A stretch of DNA of 64,000 nucleotides from Dehalococcoidia bacterium (GCA_034421575.1 DAOUKG010000066.1:66506-130505); one strand, 5' to 3'. Positions 7,487 to 18,128 are shown, counted from the first letter of the stretch. Made by a program: numbers and translations. Notes: generated by a model not told the origin, from the sequence alone.

Positions 7487-10400
7487 CTACGCCTTCGGGA
7501 TGATCGCAGGGATCTCAAGTTCATGCAGGGTGTCGACAAACCGCTGCAGGTCGCCGCTCTCAAGCTGCTCCAGCTTCTCTAGGGCGTTCCCGGCCCTCTC
7601 CGAGAGGACGCCGTACACCTCGTGCTGCTGCGTAGTCGGAGCGGAATCCGCAGAGGATATCGCAGCCATGAGTTCCTTCAATTTGAACCCCGCGCCCGCG
7701 GGAAGCTCAATGCGGTCGAGCCCCTCCTCGCCAAGGACCTGGGTCTGGATCATTTCCATCTCGATAGAGTCGAGCGATTCGTTCAGGCCGCCTGTCATCT
7801 CCGACAGTGCATCCTCCTTGCCTACGGATGCGGCCCTCTCCGCCCATCCCGCCACCTGCCCGCGTATGCTCCTGATGCGGTTGATGCCGTCGTGGACTTC
7901 GGTGACCCTGTCCCGCACCTGCAGCATAAGGTCAAGCTGCTCTCCAAGCTCATCTGCCGACGTGGACACGCGCGGGTCCTGCTCTATCGTCACGTCCTGG
8001 CTCACCGTCTGTCCGCCCACCGTGAGAGAGACCGTATACGTTCCCGGCACCACCAGCGGACCCTCTATCGCCCCGGACTTGGCACCGTCCTCCGTAACCT
8101 TGGACGACTGGTCGTAGCGCATGTCCCAGATATACCGGTTCATGCCCTCCTTCACGGGAAGGAACGGCCCCGCGGGCTTTTCCGCCTCGGACATATCGTC
8201 GTAGCCGCAAGGCTTGGGCCGAACGGTCCGCACGACGTTGCCATCGCCATCCGACACGGTCAGGACCGCGTCGTCAGCGGAATCGTCACCGACGTTGTAG
8301 TGGAAAATGGCCCCCGTCGGTGGGTTGTTCCCCGCGTCGAGGAAGATGGAGTGCGCCTGCTCGTTCTCGTCCTTTTCTTCTACCCACGTGGCCGCCGACC
8401 CCAGACGCAGCATGTACTTCTTGCCGTCTCCCGATGACCGTCCGGACGTCATCTGATAGGCGCTGCGTACGACACTTGCCGGCTTGAACAGGTGGAGACC
8501 GGAACCGCCTGCCACGTCGGGCGTCTGCCTCAGGTGCGTCAGGTCGTCGAGAATCCAGAACGAGCGCCCATGAGTGGCCACGGCAAGCTCGTTGCCCCTG
8601 ATCTTCATATCGTGCACGGCGACGACGGGCAGGTTGCCCTGCAGCGACTGCCATGACTCGCCGTCGTCGAATGAGACGTGGATGCCCATCTCGGTACCGG
8701 CGTAGAGCAAGCCCTCTCGCTCGGTGTCCGCCCGGATGACCCACGTGTACTCGCTCTCCGGTATGCCGTCGGTAATCCGCTGCCATGTTGCGCCATAATC
8801 CGAAGTCTTGAAGAGCAGGGGAGTGTTGTCCGCGAGCCGGTAGCGATGGGCCGCAATGTATGCGGCCCCCGGATCGTGCGGCGAAGGCTCGATGATGGCG
8901 ATGGTTGACCACTCCGGCAGATCGGGGGGAGTAACGTTGTCCCACGTGTCACCGCCGTCGCGCGAAATATGAACGAGTCCGTCGTCCGAACCCGCCCAGA
9001 ATACTCCCGGCTCGTGGGGCGACTCCTGAAATGCGAAGATCGTCCCGAAGTTCTCCACGAAGGTCGTGTCCTTCGTGATCGGCCCGCCGGAGGCCTCCAT
9101 CTTCGAGCGGTCGTTTCGCGTCAGGTCGGGGCTGATCGCCTCCCAGCTATGCCCCTCGTTCGTCGAGCGGAACACCGTCTCGGCGGCCACGTACAGCGTC
9201 CCGGAGTCGTGCGGAGAGAAGACGATGGGGTATGTCCATTGAAATCGGTACTTGTGGTCCTTCACACCCTGACCGTAGACGAATTCCGGCCAGACCGAGA
9301 CGATCTTGCTCTGGCCCGTCTTGTGGTCGTAGCGGTGCAGGGAGTCCCCGCCGCCGGAGGAACTGCCGATCGCGCCGGAGAAGACGACGTTGGAGTCGTC
9401 GGGATGGACCGCTATCTGCCCGCTCTCCGAGCTGCCGACGAAGTAGCTGTCGGCATAGAGGATAGCCCCCTTCTCGATGTCGCGACTGGCAGTGCTTATC
9501 GCGCTGTTGTCCTGCTGCGTCGCATACACGCGATAGGGATAGTCGTTGTCGGCGTCCATCCGGTAGAACTGCGCTGTCGGCTGATTGTAGATCGTCGACC
9601 ACGAGTCCCCGTCGTTGAAGGACACGCAGGCCCCGCCGTCGTTCCCCTGTATCAAGCGCTTCGTGTTCGTGGGGTCGATCCACAGGTCGTGGTTGTCGCC
9701 GTGAGGCATCGACACCTCGTTGAAGGTGCGCCCTCCGTCGGTCGACTTCCAGCACTTGAGGTTCAGGACCCACACGGTCTCGGAGTCCTGGGGATCGCCG
9801 AATACGTGGCAGTAGTACCACGGTCGCTGGATGAGCTTCGGATCGCCCGATACGAGCTCCCACGTCTCGCCCAAGTCGTCGGACCGGTAGAGACCCCGGT
9901 CTTCGGCCTCGATGATCGCCCAGACGCGACCGTCCCTCGCGGGCGATATGGCGACGCCCATGCGACCCTTGATGCCCCCAGGAAGCCCCTTGTTCCCGCT
10001 GATGCACTCCCACGTGTCGCCGCCGTCCGTCGTCCTGTATAGCGCGCTGCCCGGCCCGCCGGAGGAAAAATTCCAAGGCTTGCGTCGGGCCTCCCACAGG
10101 GCCGCGAACATGATTCGCGGATTGTTCGGGTCCATCGTCAGATCGGCCGCGCCACTCCTCTCGTCCCCGAAGAGCACGCGCTCCCACGATTCCCCGCCGT
10201 CCGTCGAGCGGAAGATACCACGCTCTTCGCTGTCGCCGAAGATATCGCCCAGCGCCGCGACGTAGACGATGTCGGGATTCGTTGGATGTATCCGAACGCG
10301 AGCGATGTGCTTGGTTGCCTCCAGGCCCACATGAGTCCACGTCCTGCCTCCGTCCGTGGAGCGGTAGACGCCGTCACCGGCTGAGACGTTGCCGCGCGGG

Positions 10401-10681
10401 CACGCCTCGCCGGTCCCCACGAATATGACGTTGGGATCGGACGACGAAACCGCGATTGCGCCGACGGCCGCGGAACTGAAATACCCGTCGGAGATGTTCC
10501 GCCAGTAGGTACCGCTGTCGTCGGACTTCCACACACCTCCGGCAACGGCGCCGAAATAGAACGTTGCCAGCTCTGTCGGATGTCCCGCAACTGCGACGAC
10601 TCTGCCGCCACGGTGGGGACCGATGCTTCGCCATCGAAGCGTGCTGAGAAGGGTGGGATCGACGGTGGGGGTAGCTGTCAT
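7487..10681 (-). CDS. large BNR/Asp-box repeat protein (VPS10/sortilin-like, GH74-like beta-propeller)
   Basis: 1064 aa with many S-x-D-x-G-x-T-W Asp-box repeats (SDDSGTYW, STDGGRTW, STDGGESW, TTDGGDTW, SDDLGETW, STDGGRTF, NDGDSW, SRDGGDTW, SDYGATW, FDDGESW). Its stop is 3 nt from the MFS start. Confidence 0.8.
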   Translation of the reverse strand: MTATPTVDPTLLSTLRWRSIGPHRGGRVVAVAGHPTELATFYFGAVAGGVWKSDDSGTYWRNISDGYFSSAAVGAIAVSSSDPNVIFVGTGEACPRGNVSAGDGVYRSTDGGRTWTHVGLEATKHIARVRIHPTNPDIVYVAALGDIFGDSEERGIFRSTDGGESWERVLFGDERSGAADLTMDPNNPRIMFAALWEARRKPWNFSSGGPGSALYRTTDGGDTWECISGNKGLPGGIKGRMGVAISPARDGRVWAIIEAEDRGLYRSDDLGETWELVSGDPKLIQRPWYYCHVFGDPQDSETVWVLNLKCWKSTDGGRTFNEVSMPHGDNHDLWIDPTNTKRLIQGNDGGACVSFNDGDSWSTIYNQPTAQFYRMDADNDYPYRVYATQQDNSAISTASRDIEKGAILYADSYFVGSSESGQIAVHPDDSNVVFSGAIGSSSGGGDSLHRYDHKTGQSKIVSVWPEFVYGQGVKDHKYRFQWTYPIVFSPHDSGTLYVAAETVFRSTNEGHSWEAISPDLTRNDRSKMEASGGPITKDTTFVENFGTIFAFQESPHEPGVFWAGSDDGLVHISRDGGDTWDNVTPPDLPEWSTIAIIEPSPHDPGAAYIAAHRYRLADNTPLLFKTSDYGATWQRITDGIPESEYTWVIRADTEREGLLYAGTEMGIHVSFDDGESWQSLQGNLPVVAVHDMKIRGNELAVATHGRSFWILDDLTHLRQTPDVAGGSGLHLFKPASVVRSAYQMTSGRSSGDGKKYMLRLGSAATWVEEKDENEQAHSIFLDAGNNPPTGAIFHYNVGDDSADDAVLTVSDGDGNVVRTVRPKPCGYDDMSEAEKPAGPFLPVKEGMNRYIWDMRYDQSSKVTEDGAKSGAIEGPLVVPGTYTVSLTVGGQTVSQDVTIEQDPRVSTSADELGEQLDLMLQVRDRVTEVHDGINRIRSIRGQVAGWAERAASVGKEDALSEMTGGLNESLDSIEMEMIQTQVLGEEGLDRIELPAGAGFKLKELMAAISSADSAPTTQQHEVYGVLSERAGNALEKLEQLESGDLQRFVDTLHELEIPAIIPKA

Positions 10682-10896
10682 GTTTTCTTTCCTCGTTTCG
10701 GGGGGTACTATACAGGCTGTGCGCGAACGCGACGGGTATTTTCGCAGATGGTGATGCTCACTTCAACGGCGCGCCGAACGGGCCAGTTTACACCGTCTTT
10801 CAAGTTTCCACCACACCAATCAGCTACAACCTGCCGGAAAATGGTAGGGGACAAGATGGCTAACCAACGGCCACGTAACATTCAGACGAACAAGCC

Positions 10897-11472
10897 ATGA
10901 CTGACATCGCGATAATTGCCGTCTGGACCATCGCGTCCTACCTGCTCGGCACGGTCTCCTTCGGCGACATCGTTGCCAGGGTGGCCGGTGTCGACATCCG
11001 TGCGATCGGCACCAAGAACCCCGGGGCCGCGAACTTCTATAGGGAGGTCGGCCCCAAGTACGGAATCGCCGTATTCGCCCTGGATATCGCCAAGGGAGTC
11101 ATCGCCACCGCTCCGCTGCTTGCGGTCGACGGGCTGCCGGTGTGGACGCCAATCGTCGCCGCCTTTGCGGTCATATTAGGACACATATTCCCCGTGATCG
11201 GGAAGAGGTCAGGAGGCACGGGCATGGCAACCGCCATAGGCGCTTCCGCCGGACTCGCCCCCTTCGGAATTCTCGTCGGACTGCCTTTGGGATTGGTCAT
11301 ACTGGCAGTCCTGCGAAATCCGGGTCTTGCGGGCGGAGGCTTCTTCGTCGGAACAGCCCTTCTGATAGGACTCTCGCAGCAGGACTGGACGAACGCGATT
11401 GCCGTGGTCGCCGTAGGCGCAGTCGTCCTTGTCAAGGCGAAGATACAGTATGGCAGCGGTTCATCGGAGTAG
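10897..11472 (+). CDS. plsY: glycerol-3-phosphate acyltransferase PlsY
   Basis: 191-aa membrane protein with GTKNPGAAN and LDIAKG motifs. Confidence 0.9.
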   Translation: MTDIAIIAVWTIASYLLGTVSFGDIVARVAGVDIRAIGTKNPGAANFYREVGPKYGIAVFALDIAKGVIATAPLLAVDGLPVWTPIVAAFAVILGHIFPVIGKRSGGTGMATAIGASAGLAPFGILVGLPLGLVILAVLRNPGLAGGGFFVGTALLIGLSQQDWTNAIAVVAVGAVVLVKAKIQYGSGSSE

Positions 11473-11482
11473 TTGATATACC

Positions 11483-12331
11483 GTGCAAGACGCAATGGAG
11501 ACCTCCGGACGGAAGGGCAGGCGAAGCACAGTCGAGACCGCTAATACTCCCCACATCTCCATTCGCCGGCTCAATCACCACTACGGCAGGGGCGAGACTC
11601 GCGTCGCCGCACTTTCGGACATAGACCTCGACATCCAAGAGGGCGAGTTCGTGTCCATCATCGGGCCGAGCGGGTGCGGCAAGACGACCCTGCTCCGCAT
11701 AGTCGGCGGCCTGATCACTCCCACGCAGGGAAGTGTCCGCGTTGCCGGTTCCTCGCCGGACGAATCTCGACGGCAACGGCAATTCGGCGCAGTATTCCAG
11801 GACCCTGCCCTCTTGCCCTGGCGCACTGCGGCAGGGAACGTGGCGCTTTCAATCGAACTGCGCGGGGGTTCTAACGGAGATACATACCCTCGTGAAGTCG
11901 CCACGCTGCTGACAAAGGTCGGGCTGGACGGGTTCCATGGCTCCTATCCTTACCAGCTATCCGGCGGCATGAAGCAGCGCGTAGCCCTCGCCCGTGCGCT
12001 TGCTGCGCGCCCGCGAGTCCTGCTGATGGATGAGCCGTTCGGTTCCCTCGATGAAATGACTCGCACCGACATGGGCTACGAACTCCTCCGCATCTGGGAG
12101 GAACGACCGACCACCGTCCTCTTCGTTACCCACAGCATCGCGGAGGCTGTCATGCTGTCCGACCGGGTGGTCGTGCTTTCGCCTCGTCCGGGAGAGGTCG
12201 TGGACGTGGTCGATATCGGGATGCCGCGTCCAAGAGTGCAATCAATGGAGGAGTCGAAAGTATTCGGAGACCATACGGCCAAGGTGCGAGGTCTGCTCAA
12301 GAGGACAACGGATGAGTCAATTGCCGTCTAG
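11483..12331 (+). CDS. ABC transporter ATP-binding protein (NitT/TauT family)
   Basis: Walker A GPSGCGKTT, signature LSGGMKQR, Walker B LLMDEPF. Confidence 0.9.
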   Translation: MQDAMETSGRKGRRSTVETANTPHISIRRLNHHYGRGETRVAALSDIDLDIQEGEFVSIIGPSGCGKTTLLRIVGGLITPTQGSVRVAGSSPDESRRQRQFGAVFQDPALLPWRTAAGNVALSIELRGGSNGDTYPREVATLLTKVGLDGFHGSYPYQLSGGMKQRVALARALAARPRVLLMDEPFGSLDEMTRTDMGYELLRIWEERPTTVLFVTHSIAEAVMLSDRVVVLSPRPGEVVDVVDIGMPRPRVQSMEESKVFGDHTAKVRGLLKRTTDESIAV

Positions 12332-13169
12332 TTCCACACGGCTCGAAGCTGCGTCCGATGAAGGCCGGTCCGTTCAGGGCAGGCTCATCCCGACCGTTGT
12401 CAGGTACTCGCGCCGCGCCGTCCTGCCACTTATCGCGCTCTTGCTCTTGGGAGTCGCATGGGAGTTGGCAGTACGCCTCAGCGGCGTCGCAGACTACCTC
12501 GTGCCGACACCCAGCGCCGTTGGCTCGCGCCTGTTCGACGACCTCGGCTATTTCCTGTTCCACGGACTCATCACCCTTGTGGAGGCCCTCGGAGGCTTCG
12601 CCATGGGCAGCATAGTGGCAGTTCTGGCGGCGGGAGTCATGGCCCATTCGCGTCTGTTCGAGCGTACCGTCTACCCCATCGCGCTGCTCATAAAGGTCAC
12701 GCCCATCGTCGCCATTGCGCCACTTTTTGTGATTTGGTTTGGTTTCGGCTCGTTCCCAAAGATGATGATCGCCGCCCTCATCACCTTCTTCCCGGTGATG
12801 GTCAACACCTTCGTCGGACTTCGGTCGGTAAACCCCACGACGCTGGACTTCTTTCGTCTCCTCGACGCCGGTGACACGCAGGTCCTGTTCAAGCTGAGGG
12901 CCCCGAGCGCGCTGCCATACGTCTTCGCGGCGTTTCGCATCGCCGTGCCACTCTCGGTAATCGGCGCGGTGGTGGGGGAGTGGTTCACCGGCGACCGCGG
13001 TCTCGGCAGCGTCATCATCGTCGCGCACCACAACATCGACATGCCGACGCTCTTCTCCGCCATCGCCGTCCTCGCATGCATCGGCCTCGGGCTGACAGGC
13101 ATCACCGCGCTTGTCGAACGACGCGTCCTCTTCTGGCACGACTCCCAACAATCAGGCCCCGTCCTCTAG
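12312..13169 (+). CDS. ABC transporter permease (NitT/TauT family)
   Basis: 285 aa, multi-pass. Overlaps the ATPase gene end by 20 nt, which suggests translational coupling. Confidence 0.9.
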   Translation: MSQLPSSSTRLEAASDEGRSVQGRLIPTVVRYSRRAVLPLIALLLLGVAWELAVRLSGVADYLVPTPSAVGSRLFDDLGYFLFHGLITLVEALGGFAMGSIVAVLAAGVMAHSRLFERTVYPIALLIKVTPIVAIAPLFVIWFGFGSFPKMMIAALITFFPVMVNTFVGLRSVNPTTLDFFRLLDAGDTQVLFKLRAPSALPYVFAAFRIAVPLSVIGAVVGEWFTGDRGLGSVIIVAHHNIDMPTLFSAIAVLACIGLGLTGITALVERRVLFWHDSQQSGPVL

Positions 13170-13236
13170 TGGAGATGCTCGTCAGTTTCTCTTCTCTTTC
13201 AGGTTATGGTGAGCGCAATCGTGTAGAATTCGGGGC

Positions 13237-14247
13237 ATGATTCGCATCCTCCTCTTGATTCTCCTTGTCACGGCTGTCTTTGCCGTCGCCTGTGGCGATG
13301 ACGAAGCGGACGCTCCCCGTGACAAGGTCGTGTTCATGGCCGGCTTCAAGCCCCAGGCCAACCTGCCCTTCGTCGCCGCCTACGTCGCGCAGGAGCAGGG
13401 GTACTTCGCCGAGCAGGACCTCGACGTTGAGATTCGCCATGCAAGCAGCGGCGAGCACCTCAAGCTGCTCGTTGCCGGCGATGTCCACGTGACCACCGCC
13501 GCCGCAACCTCCGTACTTAAACGTCGTTCCGACCCTGAACTGCCCATCGTCGCGTTCGCCCTGTTTGGACAGAAGGGGCAGCAGGCCTATATCGCCCTGG
13601 AAGACTCCGGCATCGACGACCTGAAAGGCTGGGAAGGCCGCACCTTCGGCTACAAGATATCCGTACCTCCCGACTACCTGGCAATGCTCGAAACCGCCGG
13701 TGTGGACCGAGACAAGGTCAACGAGGTCAAGGTCGGCTTTGATCCCAGGGTCTTGACGGAGGGAAGAGTCGATGTTCTAGCGGTGTTCAAGTCCAACGAG
13801 CCGAATGTCGTGAGAAACCTTGGGCACGAGGTCGTCCTGTGGGACCCTGCAGACTATGACGTCCCCAACATGGGCCTAACATATATCGCTACGGAAGCTT
13901 ATACCCAAGATTCAGGCGATGTCGTCGCTCGGTTCCTTCGCGCGACCCTCAAGGGCGTCGAGTTCGCCTTCGAGGAACCGGAGAAGACCCTCGACATCAT
14001 CATGAAGTTCGCGCCCAAGGAGGACCGAGCGCACCAGTCATTCATGTTGAACACGGAACTTGCCGACGCAACCGGCCCAGTGACGGACGAACACGGCCTC
14101 GGTCACATGACGGACGAGCAGTGGAAGGCGCTCTACGACCACCTTCTCAAGTTCGAAGCGTTGCCTCAGCCCTTCGACTACCGGACGGCCTTCATGACAT
14201 CCTTCTTAGAAGAGGCCTACGACGGCAGCAATCTCCGCTGGCCGTAG
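13237..14247 (+). CDS. ABC transporter substrate-binding lipoprotein (NMT1/THI5-like)
   Basis: Lipoprotein signal MIRILLLILLVTAVFAVAC. Adjacent to the permease and ATPase. Resembles NMT1/SsuA-like binding proteins. Confidence 0.85.
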   Translation: MIRILLLILLVTAVFAVACGDDEADAPRDKVVFMAGFKPQANLPFVAAYVAQEQGYFAEQDLDVEIRHASSGEHLKLLVAGDVHVTTAAATSVLKRRSDPELPIVAFALFGQKGQQAYIALEDSGIDDLKGWEGRTFGYKISVPPDYLAMLETAGVDRDKVNEVKVGFDPRVLTEGRVDVLAVFKSNEPNVVRNLGHEVVLWDPADYDVPNMGLTYIATEAYTQDSGDVVARFLRATLKGVEFAFEEPEKTLDIIMKFAPKEDRAHQSFMLNTELADATGPVTDEHGLGHMTDEQWKALYDHLLKFEALPQPFDYRTAFMTSFLEEAYDGSNLRWP

Positions 14248-14309
14248 AGAGACCATCTCAAAATACGCTTCGACGAGTGTTCTCCACTCATGAACTCAGA
14301 GAAAAACAC

Positions 14310-14334
14310 GTTCGCCCTGAGCTGGTCGAAGGGC
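14310..14334. repeat. short interspersed repeat core (copy 2 of 3)
   Basis: GTTCGCCCTGAGCTGGTCGAAGGGC. The flanks (AACAC...RATTCTC) also match the copy at 40833. Confidence 0.7.
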
Positions 14335-14423
14335 GATTCTCTGCCAACGTACATGGCTTTGAAATAGTATCTAATTCCAATTGGGTGTGATGAGGCCGTA
14401 TTCTCGACTGACGACGGGACTTT

Positions 14424-14456
14424 CTGGATTCCCGCCTTCGCGGGAATGACGGGTGA
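14424..14456. repeat. hairpin repeat GGATTCCCGCCTTCGCGGGAATGACGG
   Basis: Same family as 3296-3320 (inverted), 5808-5840 and 6186-6212. Confidence 0.7.
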
Positions 14457-14510
14457 GTTGGCTGTGTCACAGCCAATTCATGGTGTATTCAAAACGAATT
14501 GGTATAAGTC

Positions 14511-16562
14511 TCAGCCCACCAACTGTTTCGCCAGCTCTGCTGGGTCATTCACGGGAAGCCGGCAGACGTAGTTCTCGCAAACGTACGCGGTGGGGCGTCC
14601 ACCGACTTGCGGCCTCTCATGCAGCAACGGAAGGTCTGATCCGGAGTCCTGATTTTCTTCGTTCGTACCCACAAACACTCTATTGGGCAAGTAATTCCGA
14701 TATACCTCTCCAACGAGGTCTCCCGTAGCCTGACTGTCCGGCTCGCCGACTATGACGACCTCTTTGACCTTGGACAGGTAGAAGTCCAGTGCCCCCAGCC
14801 AGTGACCGGCTGCGGTTGGAAAGCGCTGCATCACCGCATTGGCGGACCGTAGGGACGTGGCCGCCTTCGAGTTGTACGCCGAGTCGCCCGTCAGGACGGC
14901 CATCCTGAGCAAGACGCTTACCGCCATCGAGCTTCCCGCCGGAGCCGCGTTGTCAGTCAGGTCGCGAGGTCGGATGACCAGTTCCTCATGGTCCGACCCG
15001 GTGTCATAGAACTGCTGGGAGGCATCATCCCAGAACAGATCGACCATCGACCCGCCAAGCTCCAAAGCGGCATCCAACCACCTTTCGCCGAAGGTGGCCT
15101 CGTGCAGGAGCAACAGCCCGTCGATCAGGAAAGCATAGTCTTCGAGGTAGCCATACAGCTTCGCTTGCCCGTCCTTGTAGGTGCGCAGCAGCCGCCCGGA
15201 CTCGTCCACGAGGTTGTCGAGCAGGAAAGCGCCGCTCGAAAGGGCAACCTCCCTGTAGTCGTCCCTTTCCAGAACGGCGGCCGCCTCGGCAAAGGCGGCA
15301 AGCATGAGCCCGTTCCACGACGTGAGGACCTTGTCGTCACGCTCCGGCGCCACCCTCGACCCGCGTCGCTCCATCAGCTTGTCCCGTGACTCCCGCAGCC
15401 GCTCCTCCAGCGTCGCCTCGTCCATACCGACGGCACGGGCGAAATCGGGCAGGGGAGTTGGAATGTGCAAAATACTCCGCCCCTCGAAGTTGCCGTGGAT
15501 CGTCACTCCATAGAAGTCGTTGACGAACGTGCCTCTATCCTTGCCCAGCACCTCGGAGACCTCCTCCGGCCTCCACACGAAGAACTTCCCTTCCTCCCCT
15601 TCGCTGTCCGCGTCCTGAGCAGAGTAGAACCCACCCTCAGGCGAGGTCATCTCCCGAACGACGTAGTCCAGCGTCTCCTCGACGATCCTGCGGTACATGG
15701 GGTTCCCCGTGACCTGGTAGGCGTGGAGGTACAGCCTTGCCAGGAGCGCGTTGTCATAGAGCATCTTCTCGAAGTGGGGGACGAGCCAGTAGGTATCGGT
15801 CGAGTACCGGTGGAACCCTCCACCCAGCTGATCGTAGATGCCGCCACGCGCCATACGATCAAGGGTCAACTCCACCATTTCGAGTACGGAGGGGTCTTCG
15901 GTGCGGAGGTATTGACGAAGCAGGAACTCCAGGGTCATCGGCTGAGGGAACTTGGGCTGCAGTCCGAACCCACCGTACGAGTCGTCAAACTGCTTACGCA
16001 GCTCTCGCACCGCATCGGACATGATGACGTCGGTCAGTGGCTCGATGCCGGGCGCGCTCCGGGTCATCTGCCGCATGTGCGTGACCAACTGCGCCGTGGT
16101 ATTGGCGACGTCCCCTCTGCGATTACGGTATACGTCCGCCATCGTGGTCAGCACGCGGGGGAAGGAGGGCAGGCCTCCCCGTTCGTCGGGTGGGAAGTAG
16201 GTGCCTCCATAGAACGGCTTGCCGTCCGGCGTCAGGAAGACCGTCATCGGCCATCCACCCTGGCCCGTCATCGCCTGGACCGCCGCCATGTAGATCGAGT
16301 CGATGTCCGCGCGCTCTTCCCTGTCTACCTTGACGGAGACGAAGTGCTCGTTCATCAGGGCGGCGATGGCGTCGTCCTCGAACGACTCCCGCTCCATGAC
16401 GTGGCACCAGTGGCACGCGGAATACCCCACGCTAAGAAGGATCGGTTTATCCTCGCGGACGGCGCGTTCGAGGGCCTCAGACCCCCACGGGTACCAGTCG
16501 ACAGGGTTGTTGGCGTGCTGGCGCAGGTAGGGACTCGACTCGTGGATCAGTCGGTTTGGCAT
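14511..16562 (-). CDS. thioredoxin-domain protein, DUF255/YyaL family (N-terminal thioredoxin fold plus alpha/alpha-barrel)
   Basis: 683 aa. [18 protein letters not shown] and the CHWCHVM motif are characteristic. Confidence 0.9.
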   Translation of the reverse strand: MPNRLIHESSPYLRQHANNPVDWYPWGSEALERAVREDKPILLSVGYSACHWCHVMERESFEDDAIAALMNEHFVSVKVDREERADIDSIYMAAVQAMTGQGGWPMTVFLTPDGKPFYGGTYFPPDERGGLPSFPRVLTTMADVYRNRRGDVANTTAQLVTHMRQMTRSAPGIEPLTDVIMSDAVRELRKQFDDSYGGFGLQPKFPQPMTLEFLLRQYLRTEDPSVLEMVELTLDRMARGGIYDQLGGGFHRYSTDTYWLVPHFEKMLYDNALLARLYLHAYQVTGNPMYRRIVEETLDYVVREMTSPEGGFYSAQDADSEGEEGKFFVWRPEEVSEVLGKDRGTFVNDFYGVTIHGNFEGRSILHIPTPLPDFARAVGMDEATLEERLRESRDKLMERRGSRVAPERDDKVLTSWNGLMLAAFAEAAAVLERDDYREVALSSGAFLLDNLVDESGRLLRTYKDGQAKLYGYLEDYAFLIDGLLLLHEATFGERWLDAALELGGSMVDLFWDDASQQFYDTGSDHEELVIRPRDLTDNAAPAGSSMAVSVLLRMAVLTGDSAYNSKAATSLRSANAVMQRFPTAAGHWLGALDFYLSKVKEVVIVGEPDSQATGDLVGEVYRNYLPNRVFVGTNEENQDSGSDLPLLHERPQVGGRPTAYVCENYVCRLPVNDPAELAKQLVG

Positions 16563-16648
16563 GTCAAGTAGCTTCCCCTAATTCACGAGGCCGAGAGACC
16601 GTTCGGTGTTACCGTGTTCAAGTACCGCATACACGGCTTGAGGCAGGG

Positions 16649-16822
16649 TCACTTCCTGGCTGTTACCTTGTTCAGCACGAAGAAAACCAGGCCCACGATG
16701 AACAGTCCAACCGCAGTCCAGAAGATGACACCGCCCGAAAACACTGAGCTAACCAGCATAATGACAGCCAGTACCCAGAAGAAGTATGCCGCGCCCATAA
16801 AGAAGACTCTTGCTGTGTCCAT
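16649..16822 (-). CDS. small two-helix membrane protein (57 aa), hypothetical
   Basis: Own translation: MDTARVFFMGAAYFFWVLAVIMLVSSVFSGGVIFWTAVGLFIVGLVFFVLNKVTARK. AGAGGGGGAA RBS lies 4-8 nt upstream. Not listed in the ORF track, whose shortest entries are 60 aa. Confidence 0.5.
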   Translation of the reverse strand: MDTARVFFMGAAYFFWVLAVIMLVSSVFSGGVIFWTAVGLFIVGLVFFVLNKVTARK

Positions 16823-17006
16823 AGTTTCCCCCTCTAAGTGCAGCCCTTGAGTTGCCCATACTCTACACGCTGTAGGCCGGAATGCAAAGTGGCGCCTGCT
16901 GCGGCCGGGAGAACAAGCCGCCTTGCTTCAAGGTCGAGGTCGCCAAAGGCAAGACCTGTGGCACAGCACCGTCAAGGCCAAGCGGAAGGAGAGGATTAGG
17001 TGGACA

Positions 17007-17083
17007 TGGCGTCCCTGGCAGGATTCGAACCCGCGACCCGCTGCTTAGAAGGCAGCCGCTCTGTCCAACTGAGCTACAGGGAC
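17007..17083 (-). tRNA. tRNA-Arg (anticodon TCT)
   Basis: Reverse complement GTCCCTGTAGCTCAGTTGGACAGAGCGGCTGCCTTCTAAGCAGCGGGTCGCGGGTTCGAATCCTGCCAGGGACGCCA. Clean cloverleaf, anticodon loop CTTCTAA, encoded CCA. Confidence 0.95.
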
Positions 17084-17149
17084 ATCCTATATAGGCAAGT
17101 GTAGCAATGCCCGCGCGATGCTATCAAGTCAAAAAAGGGTCGGGTGAGT

Positions 17150-17273
17150 GTTCAGACTTCGTGAGGCGAAGCTCCCCGCCCTTCTGGATTCCGGCCCCGT
17201 ATCGGAGTACGGGGCAAGCTCTTCGCCGGAATGACGGTGGGCTGTGTGTGTCGAGCAGTCTCATGAAGTCTGA
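17150..17273. mobile_element. MITE-like element with 15-bp terminal inverted repeats
   Basis: Left end TTCAGACTTCGTGAG (17150-17164). The right end CTCATGAAGTCTGAA (17259-17273) is its reverse complement with one mismatch. The interior carries the hairpin GGATTCCGGCCCCGTATCGGAGTACGGGGC...GCCGGAATGACGG. Related units lie in 5800-6250. Confidence 0.55.
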
Positions 17274-17277
17274 ATAG

Positions 17278-17778
17278 TTACAGGGTCGGTCCAGTTCCAA
17301 CCCAGTGCACGGTCACGCCGCCGATCCGAAAACCCTTCACCTGGCGGACCGAAACGCCGTCGGAGTCGGGTAGGGTAGTGAGGTGTTCCTGGACAAGTTC
17401 TCCCGCGCGCCTCCTGAGAACCATAGCGCCCATGATCCCCAGCGTTAGCGAAGAGACGCCTTTCAAGACGCTCTTGGAGCGGCCCCTGAGTACGGAAGAT
17501 ATGAGCAAGGCGATGAGAGCCGCAACCAGGATGTTCGTTCCACAGTACGGAGAGACCGCCAGATCTCGCCGACCTGCCTGCAGCCGTCGCAGGGCCTCCT
17601 CGGCCGCGCTTTGCACTTCCTCCGTCGATGCGCGGCTGTAGATGAAAAAGCCCCCGGGGGTAGCGTTTCCCGCTAGGGGAGGGCGGAGGCCCCGTTCGAG
17701 GAGCACGGCAACGGTCGCGTGTTCCCTGCCATGCTGACAGCGAACCTCCCGGAGCAGCCCAATCAATCGAGTGAACAC
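17278..17778 (-). CDS. conserved hypothetical protein with a central hydrophobic segment
   Basis: The track ORF is 17278-17982. I prefer the GTG at 17778 (AAGGGAG RBS about 8 nt upstream), because 17780-17982 is AT-richer and non-coding-looking. Motifs HGREHATVAVLLERG and SPYCGTNILVAALIALL. I cannot name a family with confidence. Confidence 0.55.
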   Translation of the reverse strand: MFTRLIGLLREVRCQHGREHATVAVLLERGLRPPLAGNATPGGFFIYSRASTEEVQSAAEEALRRLQAGRRDLAVSPYCGTNILVAALIALLISSVLRGRSKSVLKGVSSLTLGIMGAMVLRRRAGELVQEHLTTLPDSDGVSVRQVKGFRIGGVTVHWVGTGPTL

Positions 17779-18128
17779 CAATAAAGCTCCCTTTCCTACA
17801 GGGAGAACAGCGCTCTTGCAATCAAGGTGCCGTCCTCGCATCAGGGTTTGAGGGTAGCAGGCTTGTTCGGCGTCAGTCAACGGTACCACAATATCGTTTG
17901 TATCGGCTATTTCGCGTGTAAAGTCGTTATGGTTGCACGCTTGGCCTCTGTCAAAGGAAAGGTCTCGCACTTCGGCGCGCATGAGGGTTAGTTGAAAAGA
18001 TGGGCAAGGTGCTGACTTCTTTCTGAGCCTGAAACCCTTTGAAATTCTTGGAAAAGTGATAGAAAACGAATTGACACCGCGATTGCCGTAGGCTTAGCAT
18101 GAGACTACAGTACCTTGTGGGAGGAGTG

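Noticed and set aside
11473-11482. Expected a THI-box or other riboswitch upstream of the NMT1/THI5-like ABC transporter
   Set aside because: Only 10 nt separate plsY from the ATPase gene, so there is no room for a leader.
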